10,870 nt of DNA from Cyanobacteria bacterium P01_A01_bin.123. Lineage in GTDB: Bacteria > Cyanobacteriota > Cyanobacteriia > Phormidesmidales > Phormidesmidaceae. Location: NCBI GenBank assembly GCA_039815185.1, contig JBCBZT010000106.1, positions 1-10,870 of the forward strand, given 5' to 3'. The position numbers were made by a program, and so were the translations under genes. Below the pieces are notes generated by a model. That model was given only the letters and a program-made list of their open reading frames with translations, was not told where the DNA came from and made no database searches. Positions 1 to 7,092 of the stretch are shown one piece after another. Every line of letters starts with the position of its first letter. The first letter of the stretch is position 1.

Positions 1-2160
1 ACCTTGGCTAGAGGACCCAAAACAACCACTTGGATTTGGGATCTTCACGCTGACGCTCACGACTTTGATAGTCACACCAGTGACTTAGAGGACATTTCTC
101 GTAAGATTTTTAGCGCTCACTTTGGCCATTTGGCCATCGTGTTCATATGGCTGAGTGGCATGTATTACCATGGCGCTCGGTTTTCTAACTATGAAGCTTG
201 GTTGGCGGATCCCGTCAATATTCACCCCAGTGCTCAGGTGGTTTGGCCTATTTTTGGTCAAGAGATCCTGAACGGTGAAGTTGGCGGCGGTTTCCAAGGT
301 ATTCAAATCACGTCTGGTTTATTCCAGATGTGGAGAGCATCTGGTTTCACCAACTCTTTCCAGCTTTTGTGTACCGCCATCGGTGCCCTGGTAATGGCTG
401 GTTTGATGGTGAATGCTGGTGTATTCCACTACCACATCAAGGCTCCTAAGCTTGAGTGGTTCCAGAATGTGGAATCCATGATGAATCACCACTTAGCTGG
501 CTTGTTCGGCTTAGGTTCACTAGGTTGGGCCGGTCACCTAATTCATGTATCCCTTCCTACTAATAAGCTGCTTGATGCAGGCGTGGCGATCAAGGATATT
601 CCTTTGCCCCACGAGTTCATCCTGGATAAGGCACTGATTGCAGACTTATATCCAAGTTTTGCTGAAGGGATCAAGCCATTCTTCACCCTCAATTGGGGTG
701 TGTACTCTGACATCTTGACCTTCAAAGGTGGTCTCAACCCCGTTACGGGTGGCCTTTGGATGACTGATATTGCCCATCACCATGTGGCGATCGCAGTGAT
801 GTTCATCTTTGCTGGCCACATGTACCGCACCAACTGGGGTATCGGCCATAGCATGAAGGAGATCCTAGAAGGTCAAAAGGGCGATCCGTTGCTCTTCCCT
901 GCTAAGAATGGCCATGATGGCTTGTTTGAGTTCTTGACCACCTCGTGGCATGCTCAGCTGGCAATCAACCTGGCTATGGGTGGTTCGGTGACGATTATCG
1001 TGGCTCAGCACATGTATGCGATGCCGCCATATCCTTACCTAGCAACTGATTACGCCACTCAGCTCTGCCTATTTACCCACCATATGTGGATTGGTGGATT
1101 CCTGATTGTGGGTGGTGCTGCTCACGGTGCGATCGCAATGGTCCGCGACTACGATCCGGCCATGCATGTCGACAACGTGCTCGACCGCGTTCTTCGCGCT
1201 CGTGATGCCATTATTTCCCACCTCAACTGGGTCTGTATTTTCCTCGGCTTCCATAGCTTTGGTCTATATATCCACAACGACACTATGCGTGCCTTGGGTC
1301 GTCCCCAAGACATGTTCTCTGACAGTGCAATTCAGCTGCAGCCAATCTTTGCCCAATGGGTGCAAAGTCTGCACACTTTAGCAGCTGGCGGTACCACGGC
1401 TCCCAATGCCATGGGTCCCACCAGTATTGCGTTTGGTGGCGATATGGTTGCCGTTGGCGGCAAAGTGGCGATGATGCCCATTGCCCTCGGCACGGCTGAC
1501 TTTATGGTGCATCACATCCATGCGTTCACCATTCACGTTACTGTCCTCATCCTGCTCAAGGGTGTGCTGTACTCCCGTAGTTCTCGTCTTATCCCCGATA
1601 AGAGCGAGCTGGGTTTCCGCTTCCCTTGCGACGGCCCCGGTCGTGGTGGCACCTGCCAGGTTTCTGGTTGGGACCACGTATTCCTCGGTCTGTTCTGGAT
1701 GTATAACTCCATCTCCATTGTGATTTTCCACTTTAGTTGGAAGATGCAGTCGGACGTATGGGGAACGGTTTCCGGGGGTTCGGTAGCTCACCCGGCGGGT
1801 GGTAATTTCGCCACGAGTGCGATTACTATCAACGGCTGGCTCCGTGACTTCCTTTGGGCACAGGCTTCTCAAGTTATCAACTCCTACGGTTCGGCTCTGT
1901 CCGCCTACGGTTTGATGTTCTTGGCCGCTCACTTTATCTGGGCGTTTAGTCTGATGTTCCTGTTCAGTGGCCGTGGCTACTGGCAAGAGCTGATTGAGTC
2001 CATCGTTTGGGCCCACAATAAGCTCAAGGTCGCTCCTGCAATCCAACCTCGCGCACTGAGCATTACTCAGGGTCGTGCAGTTGGCGTAGCTCACTACCTC
2101 CTCGGCGGTATTGCTACAACTTGGGCGTTCTTCCATGCTCGAATTCTCTCGTTAGGCTAG
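1..2160 (+). CDS. psaA: Photosystem I P700 chlorophyll a apoprotein A1 (5'-truncated by the window edge)
   Basis: Frame is open from base 1 ([13 protein letters not shown]...), so the TTG at 4 is not the real start. Contains HDFDSHT, the FX motif [12 protein letters not shown] (1621-1656), the P700/A0/A1 region [24 protein letters not shown] and C-terminal [10 protein letters not shown]. Stop TAG ends at 2160. Confidence 0.99.
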   Translation, partial: TLARGPKTTTWIWDLHADAHDFDSHTSDLEDISRKIFSAHFGHLAIVFIWLSGMYYHGARFSNYEAWLADPVNIHPSAQVVWPIFGQEILNGEVGGGFQGIQITSGLFQMWRASGFTNSFQLLCTAIGALVMAGLMVNAGVFHYHIKAPKLEWFQNVESMMNHHLAGLFGLGSLGWAGHLIHVSLPTNKLLDAGVAIKDIPLPHEFILDKALIADLYPSFAEGIKPFFTLNWGVYSDILTFKGGLNPVTGGLWMTDIAHHHVAIAVMFIFAGHMYRTNWGIGHSMKEILEGQKGDPLLFPAKNGHDGLFEFLTTSWHAQLAINLAMGGSVTIIVAQHMYAMPPYPYLATDYATQLCLFTHHMWIGGFLIVGGAAHGAIAMVRDYDPAMHVDNVLDRVLRARDAIISHLNWVCIFLGFHSFGLYIHNDTMRALGRPQDMFSDSAIQLQPIFAQWVQSLHTLAAGGTTAPNAMGPTSIAFGGDMVAVGGKVAMMPIALGTADFMVHHIHAFTIHVTVLILLKGVLYSRSSRLIPDKSELGFRFPCDGPGRGGTCQVSGWDHVFLGLFWMYNSISIVIFHFSWKMQSDVWGTVSGGSVAHPAGGNFATSAITINGWLRDFLWAQASQVINSYGSALSAYGLMFLAAHFIWAFSLMFLFSGRGYWQELIESIVWAHNKLKVAPAIQPRALSITQGRAVGVAHYLLGGIATTWAFFHARILSLG

Positions 2161-2163
2161 CAG

Positions 2164-2168
2164 GGAGG
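2164..2168 (+). promoter_or_regulatory. Shine-Dalgarno-like GGAGG in the 23-bp psaA-psaB spacer
   Basis: GGAGG lies 15 nt before the psaB ATG, which is longer than optimal spacing. The short spacer fits psaAB co-transcription. Confidence 0.5.
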
Positions 2169-2183
2169 ACTTAATAGAACACT

Positions 2184-4397
2184 ATGGCAACTAAATTTCC
2201 AAAATTTAGCCAAGATCTCGCACAGGATCCAACTACGCGTCGGATCTGGTACGGGATTGCCACTTCCCACGACTTTGAAAGCCACGATGGCATGACGGAA
2301 GAAAATCTTTATCAAAAGATTTTTGCTTCCCACTTTGGTCATCTGGCAGTCATCTTCCTCTGGGTGTCTGGCAACCTGTTCCACGTAGCTTGGCAAGGTA
2401 ACTTTGAGCAGTGGATTCAAGACCCTCTCAACGTTAAACCCATCGCCCATGCGATTTGGGATCCTCACTTTGGCCAGAATGCGGTGGATGCGTTCACCCA
2501 GGCTGGTGCTACCGGCCCCGTTAACGTCGCGTTTTCTGGGGTTTACCACTGGTGGTACACCATTGGTATGCGGACCAACGGCGACCTCTATGCGGCGTCC
2601 TTGTTCTTGCTGGTGCTGTCCTCAATCTTCCTGCTTGCAGGTTGGTTGCACCTACAGCCCAAGTTTCGTCCCAGCCTGTCCTGGTTCAAGAATGCTGAGT
2701 CTCGCCTAAACCACCACCTAGCTGGTTTGTTTGGTGTTAGCTCCCTGGCTTGGACGGGTCACCTGGTACACGTTGCAATCCCCGAGTCTCGCGGTGTACA
2801 CGTTGGTTGGGATAACTTCCTAACGGTTTCGCCTCACCCCGCTGGCTTGGCCCCCTTCTTTACCGGAAACTGGGGTGTGTACGCCCAGAGCCCTGACACG
2901 GCTAGTCATGTGTTTGGGACCTCTGAGGGTGCAGGTACTGCAATTTTGACCTTCTTAGGCGGCTTCCATCCTCAGACTGAGTCCCTGTGGCTCACTGACA
3001 TGGCTCACCACCACCTAGCCATTGCGGTCATCTTTATCATTGCTGGCCACATGTACCGGACTAACTTCGGTATTGGTCACAGCATTAAGGAGATCCTCAA
3101 CGCTCACCAGCCTCCTGCTGGTGGTCTGGGTGAAGGTCACAAGGGTTTGTATGACACGCTCAACAACTCCCTGCACTTCCAGCTAGCGCTGGCCCTGGCT
3201 TCCCTGGGTGTGATCACCTCCCTGGTTGCTCAGCACATGTATGCGTTGCCTCCCTATGCCTTTATGGCTCGGGACTACACCACCATGGCTGCGCTTTACA
3301 CCCACCACCAGTACATCGCTGGCTTCATCATGATGGGTGCCTTTGCCCACGGTGCGATCTTCTTGATTCGCGACTACGATCCGGCTGCGAATGCTAACAA
3401 TGTGTTGGCTCGTATTTTGGATCACAAAGAAGCGATCATCTCTCACCTGAGCTGGGTATCTCTGTTCCTCGGTTTCCACACCCTGGGTCTCTACGTCCAC
3501 AACGATGTGGTAGTTGCCTTTGGTACTCCTGAGAAGCAGATCCTGGTTGAGCCTGTGTTTGCTCAGTGGGTGCAGGCGGCGTCTGGTAAGGCCCTCTATG
3601 GCTTTGATACGCTGCTATCCAACCCTGACAGTGTGGCATTTACGGCATTCCCCAACTATGGAAATGTCTGGCTACCGGGCTGGTTAGAGGCTATCAACAG
3701 TGGAACCAACTCTCTGTTCTTGGCCATTGGTCCTGGTGACTTCCTAGTTCACCATGCGATCGCACTGGGTCTTCACACCACCACTTTGATCTTGGTCAAG
3801 GGTGCGTTGGATGCCCGTGGTTCCAAGCTAATGCCCGACAAGAAGGACTTTGGCTACAGCTTCCCCTGTGACGGCCCCGGTCGTGGCGGTACTTGCGACA
3901 TCTCTGCATGGGATTCCTTCTACCTGGCCATGTTCTGGATGCTGAATACCATTGGCTGGCTGACCTTCTACTGGCACTGGAAACACTTGGCGATCTGGTC
4001 TGGGAACGTAGCGCAGTTTAACAACAGCTCTACTCATCTGATGGGTTGGTTCCGTGACTATCTGTGGTTGAACTCTTCCCAGCTGATTAACGGGTACAAC
4101 TCGTACGGTATGAACAACCTGGCGGTTTGGGCTTGGATGTTCCTCTTTGGACACCTGGTTTGGGCCACTGGCTTCATGTTCCTCATCTCTTGGCGGGGTT
4201 ACTGGCAAGAGCTGATCGAGACCATCGTTTGGGCGCATGAGCGTACTCCTCTAGCTAACCTGATTAGCTGGAAGGACAAGCCGGTTGCTCTATCCATCGT
4301 TCAGGCTCGTTTGGTTGGTTTAGCTCACTTTACGGTGGGATATGTCCTGACCTATGCGGCCTTCCTGATAGCATCAACGTCTGGGCGATTTGGCTAG
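2184..4397 (+). CDS. psaB: Photosystem I P700 chlorophyll a apoprotein A2
   Basis: 737 aa. Canonical N-terminus [24 protein letters not shown] motif [18 protein letters not shown], and [25 protein letters not shown]. Lies directly downstream of psaA. Confidence 0.99.
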   Translation: MATKFPKFSQDLAQDPTTRRIWYGIATSHDFESHDGMTEENLYQKIFASHFGHLAVIFLWVSGNLFHVAWQGNFEQWIQDPLNVKPIAHAIWDPHFGQNAVDAFTQAGATGPVNVAFSGVYHWWYTIGMRTNGDLYAASLFLLVLSSIFLLAGWLHLQPKFRPSLSWFKNAESRLNHHLAGLFGVSSLAWTGHLVHVAIPESRGVHVGWDNFLTVSPHPAGLAPFFTGNWGVYAQSPDTASHVFGTSEGAGTAILTFLGGFHPQTESLWLTDMAHHHLAIAVIFIIAGHMYRTNFGIGHSIKEILNAHQPPAGGLGEGHKGLYDTLNNSLHFQLALALASLGVITSLVAQHMYALPPYAFMARDYTTMAALYTHHQYIAGFIMMGAFAHGAIFLIRDYDPAANANNVLARILDHKEAIISHLSWVSLFLGFHTLGLYVHNDVVVAFGTPEKQILVEPVFAQWVQAASGKALYGFDTLLSNPDSVAFTAFPNYGNVWLPGWLEAINSGTNSLFLAIGPGDFLVHHAIALGLHTTTLILVKGALDARGSKLMPDKKDFGYSFPCDGPGRGGTCDISAWDSFYLAMFWMLNTIGWLTFYWHWKHLAIWSGNVAQFNNSSTHLMGWFRDYLWLNSSQLINGYNSYGMNNLAVWAWMFLFGHLVWATGFMFLISWRGYWQELIETIVWAHERTPLANLISWKDKPVALSIVQARLVGLAHFTVGYVLTYAAFLIASTSGRFG

Positions 4398-4423
4398 CGT
4401 TTGATTGCTCCATTAGGAGAATG

Positions 4424-4457
4424 AAAAAGCCCTTCAGCGAAGCCTGAAGGGCTTTTT
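4424..4457 (+). terminator. Intrinsic terminator of psaAB, probably bidirectional
   Basis: AAAAAGCCCTTCAG-cgaagc-CTGAAGGGCTTTTT is a perfect inverted repeat with an A-tract before and a T-tract after, starting 26 nt after the psaB stop. Confidence 0.93.
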
Positions 4458-4477
4458 GTATTTTGTTTATTACTGAG

Positions 4478-4499
4478 GTGGATAACCGCGTGGATAACC
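4478..4499. repeat. Tandem 10-bp direct repeat GTGGATAACC x2 (12-bp period), DnaA-box-like
   Basis: GTGGATAACC at 4478-4487 and 4490-4499. Each reverse complement contains TTATCCAC, an 8/9 match to TTATCCACA. Confidence 0.55.
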
Positions 4500-4539
4500 T
4501 AGGCCCCGCGATCGCAGCTGGTTGTAAAAGATGAAAATC

Positions 4540-4574
4540 AGAACCCTGACTACGATACGAGTAGTCAGGGTTCT
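4540..4574 (-). terminator. Perfect 14-bp inverted repeat; possible minus-strand terminator
   Basis: AGAACCCTGACTAC-gatacga-GTAGTCAGGGTTCT. A T-rich tail follows only on the minus strand (GATTTTCATCTTTT). The hairpin is certain; the terminator role is inferred. Confidence 0.5.
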
Positions 4575-4623
4575 AAAGACTTAGACAGTAAAGTGTGATG
4601 TACGTATCTACATTGATTAGGTG

Positions 4624-4680
4624 TTTAACATAGGGTTAACAAAGAATTAAATGATACAGTCACACCCCCTTAAATATAAT
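4624..4680 (+). promoter_or_regulatory. Three TTAA-core boxes at exact 11-bp spacing plus a TATAAT -10 element; OmpR/PhoB-family-like regulated promoter
   Basis: TTAA at 4625, 4636 and 4647 (TTTAACAT-agg-GTTAACAA-aga-ATTAAATG). TATAAT at 4675-4680 lies upstream of the ATG at 4768. Confidence 0.4.
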
Positions 4681-4767
4681 TGGGGCACAGTGACAGGCTG
4701 CTAGTGCGCATCAGCCACATCTACCTACTATCCGTGCTGCTGGCCAACGTCAGCGAGACGGTCTCCT

Positions 4768-5517
4768 ATGACCACAAATAATAAGAAAAAGAATTTACTG
4801 CACTCTCTCCTTCGATATTGCAAATCCAGCTTGCCTCTGGTGGCTCTAATCGCAGCTGTTTCAATACTTTTTTTAGGAATAGTGGTGTATCTCCATATTT
4901 GGAACAATATACCCATTAGTGATTTAACAAGAGATACAGCGGCGATCGGTCTGCTTCCTTTCTATGCAAGGTTTCTATCTCAAATAGGTATCCTTTTGTG
5001 GGCCGCATCAGCCATGATCTGTTTCTTTAGTGCAACCGTTCTTCCCAGTCATCGTGCAAGCTATCGAAAGCTCAAACGATTTTTGTTTGTTTCAGCCTTG
5101 CTGACACTTCTTCTGGGCCTCGATGACGCCTTCTTGCTACATGAGACTGTATTCCCTCAGTTGGGCATTTCCGGCAGAGCTATATATGCTACCTACGGTG
5201 TCCTGTTACTGTCTTATCTTTTTAGGTTTTATCCGCTCATCCTCACGACAGACCATATCCTAATCGCGATCGCACTGGGCTTTTTCGGCATGTCAATCGC
5301 TGTAGATATGCTCGATCTCTCAGGTCAACGTGCATTTTTGCTTGAGGATGGTGCAAAATTTGTGGGCATTGTGAGTTGGCTTGTGTACTTCTTTCAAACC
5401 GGGAAATACTCAGTTCACCTTAGCCAGCCCGCCATTGAGCTGGGCCCCAGCTCTCAAACCGACAGAGAAAGCACGACTGTGCCTCTACAAACGACTCCTG
5501 CTAAACCCTTCAGTTAA
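4768..5517 (+). CDS. Hypothetical multi-pass membrane protein (about 6-7 TM segments)
   Basis: 249-aa ORF with alternating hydrophobic stretches, a basic N-terminus, and polar motifs LTRD, LDDAFLLHE and EDGAK near helix ends. Contains a HIP1 site. Confidence 0.85.
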   Translation: MTTNNKKKNLLHSLLRYCKSSLPLVALIAAVSILFLGIVVYLHIWNNIPISDLTRDTAAIGLLPFYARFLSQIGILLWAASAMICFFSATVLPSHRASYRKLKRFLFVSALLTLLLGLDDAFLLHETVFPQLGISGRAIYATYGVLLLSYLFRFYPLILTTDHILIAIALGFFGMSIAVDMLDLSGQRAFLLEDGAKFVGIVSWLVYFFQTGKYSVHLSQPAIELGPSSQTDRESTTVPLQTTPAKPFS

Positions 5518-5540
5518 CAAAGTCCCCCCTGTACCTCTTT

Positions 5541-5565
5541 CCCTTTCCCCCCTTCCCCCTTCCCC
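5541..5565 (-). repeat. C-rich short tandem repeat tract; G-quadruplex-type motif on the minus strand
   Basis: Plus strand reads CCC TTT CCCCCC TT CCCCC TT CCCC; minus strand reads GGGG-AA-GGGGG-AA-GGGGGG-AAA-GGG. Confidence 0.6.
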
Positions 5566-5640
5566 AACACTCATATTATTTTGACCCACACCCCTCTTAC
5601 CCCATTCATAGGATTTAGCGATCGCACCCCTAATTTCTAC

Positions 5641-5669
5641 TTGACCACAGCGAACCTGTGGTTTACTCT
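5641..5669 (+). promoter_or_regulatory. Sigma70-type promoter with a palindromic operator-like site in the spacer
   Basis: TTGACC (5641-5646)-N17-TACTCT (5664-5669). The palindrome ACCACAG-cgaac-CTGTGGT (5644-5662) overlaps the -35 and fills the spacer. Confidence 0.65.
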
Positions 5670-5675
5670 TTCTTC

Positions 5676-5790
5676 AAGGCTGTAATTTGCGTTGTGGCCT
5701 TAACTCAGAACTCAATATCTGGCACTGCTAGCAGGTGCATCCAACACCCACTAGCAGCTACTCCCAAACTGAGTAAGCAGTTCGGCAGCT
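5676..5790 (+). ncRNA. Putative structured 5' leader RNA (multi-hairpin)
   Basis: Hairpin 5676-5701 has 11 bp including 4 G-U pairs and starts at the predicted TSS. Hairpin 5725-5757 is CTGCTAG-ca-GGTG-catccaa-CACC-ca-CTAGCAG. ACTCAG (5703-5708) can pair with CTGAGT (5769-5774) to enclose it. Confidence 0.5.
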
Positions 5791-5902
5791 TTGGTCATTA
5801 TGCCTGAGCCACCGCGATTTGCACACATTTTGCGGAGGCGCTGGCTGTTGGGTTCTGGTCACCCTTGCCCCGCTGGGGCTACACTATCTGGAGACCAGAC
5901 CC

Positions 5903-6148
5903 ATGTTTCAAGACTTTACCCAGGGCGCAGGCGCGTCCAATCTGCCGCCTATCGTGCCATCGCTCCCCGAGTATGAGTACGAAACCGTCAACCACACGCT
6001 GTTCGGCAGCCTGACGGCGATACGTAACACCATTCAACTGCTCCACAAGCTCAACTACTCTGAGCCCAACGACTGGAGCAAACCCCTACCCACCGGTCGA
6101 GCCAACGAAATGATGGCCATTTTGACCAGACGGGTGAGGGTAAATTAA
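5903..6148 (+). CDS. Small hypothetical protein (81 aa), resembling a conserved cyanobacterial family
   Basis: ATG at 5903 with GGAG at 5890-5893 is preferred over the TTG at 5819. The C-terminal pattern HTLFGS..AI.NTI..LH.LNY.E..DWS.PLPT....E.MAIL.R resembles an uncharacterised small-protein family I recall from filamentous cyanobacteria (not verified by search). Confidence 0.8.
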   Translation: MFQDFTQGAGASNLPPIVPSLPEYEYETVNHTLFGSLTAIRNTIQLLHKLNYSEPNDWSKPLPTGRANEMMAILTRRVRVN

Positions 6149-6381
6149 ACCCAACTGGGGGACAGCAAACTTTAAATCCGTTTCATTAAACCCTCCGTAA
6201 CTGTTAGTAAAACCTGACCTCCTTAGCTCTAGATTTTTGGTCAACCGATAACCTGCTGGGTTTCTGTTTTCCAAAGGCCGCCGTTAGCCTATTGCCCCAA
6301 GAAAATAAGGACAACAGGCTAATCGGAATAGAGATGGAGGTCAAGTTTGAATTTGGTGAAAGTACGCGGAGTTTTTAAAGA

Positions 6382-7065
6382 ATGCAATTTGGTATACTGC
6401 CCGCCGTGTTGGGCGCAACAACTCTTACGGTGGCTTCAACTATTGTGGTGCCGGCCCACGCTGCGGACTTTACAGTTGAGTCCGGGGTCACTAGCGTATT
6501 CCTTGATGTTGACACCCTAAATACAGTTGGTCTGGCACTCACAGGTACTGTTGGAGATGTGGAAGCACCGATCTCTGATGAGTTTCTAGTCGGGTTTACA
6601 ATCACCCCTGAAACTGACTTCTCCTTTAGTGATGAAGGCGGATTCACATTGCTGGGTGGTTCTATTGAACATACGGGTGGGGTTGAATTTAATGGTGGCA
6701 CAGCCAGCGCGCTTGCCGTTGGTAACTTTTCCATTGGTTTCGATGCGGCACGAGCTGACACAACAACTGGAGCAACCGGTTTCTTTGTACAGGATCTGCT
6801 AACGACAAATGCCGTTTTGTTTGACGTTGCAGAGGTGGCCCCCAGCTTTGATGGAGAGAATCTGACCATTGATGGCAGCCTGCTCGTTTCTGAAGAACTC
6901 AGTGGCGTATTGGGGAATCCTGGTTTAATTGGGGCAGCCGTAGGTAGTGCCCAGGTCAATGCCTCAACCATCGAGGCAACTGCTTCTGTGCCTGAACCTG
7001 CAACCGCCGCAGGACTTTTCCTCGCAGGCATGTTGGGGATCGCAACCCGCCGTAGGTCAGCTTAA
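6382..7065 (+). CDS. PEP-CTERM sorting domain-containing secreted/surface protein
   Basis: Signal peptide ending in PAHA|A, an acidic Gly/Thr-rich body, and C-terminal VPEP (6988-6999) followed by a hydrophobic helix and an RRR tail. Confidence 0.93.
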   Translation: MQFGILPAVLGATTLTVASTIVVPAHAADFTVESGVTSVFLDVDTLNTVGLALTGTVGDVEAPISDEFLVGFTITPETDFSFSDEGGFTLLGGSIEHTGGVEFNGGTASALAVGNFSIGFDAARADTTTGATGFFVQDLLTTNAVLFDVAEVAPSFDGENLTIDGSLLVSEELSGVLGNPGLIGAAVGSAQVNASTIEATASVPEPATAAGLFLAGMLGIATRRRSA

Positions 7066-7092
7066 GCCACTTTGTTATCAATTTTTTCCTCG

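Noticed and set aside
85..4238. Many antisense and alternate-frame ORFs over psaA/psaB (e.g. 1378-2136 minus, 252 aa)
   Set aside because: These are shadow ORFs from the codon bias of highly expressed genes and show no recognisable motifs.
1..4397. Far-red (FaRLiP psaA2/psaB2) or Acaryochloris-type PSI
   Set aside because: The A0 Met ligands are retained (FSLMFLF, TGFMFLI), and no psaL2/psaI2, apc or rfp genes follow psaB. The sequences look like standard chlorophyll a PSI.
4415..4447. AGGAG followed by mini-ORF MKKPFSEA overlapping the terminator
   Set aside because: The SD is only 1 nt from the ATG, and the codons are fully explained by the terminator stem.
4598..4613. ATGTA-N6-TACAT palindrome as an NtcA site
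   Set aside because: Spacing is GTA-N6-TAC, not the GTA-N8-TAC that NtcA requires.
4696..4765. Short hairpins upstream of the 4768 ATG as a riboswitch
   Set aside because: The stems are short or bulged, and I see no consensus of known classes (glnA, c-di-GMP, cobalamin, TPP).
5791..5976. 61-aa ORF (ATG at 5800) as a leader peptide; also the TTG-5819 extension of the small gene
   Set aside because: Neither start has an SD, and the ORF overlaps the better-supported 5903 gene out of frame with no recognisable motifs. A coupling role cannot be fully excluded.
6284..6322. Imperfect inverted repeat TTAGCCT...AGGCTAA upstream of the PEP-CTERM gene
   Set aside because: It has two internal mismatches, a large loop and no U-tract, so there is not enough support for a function.
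6375..7031. 218-aa minus-strand ORF
   Set aside because: It is the antisense shadow of the PEP-CTERM gene, which has a clear signal peptide and sorting motif.
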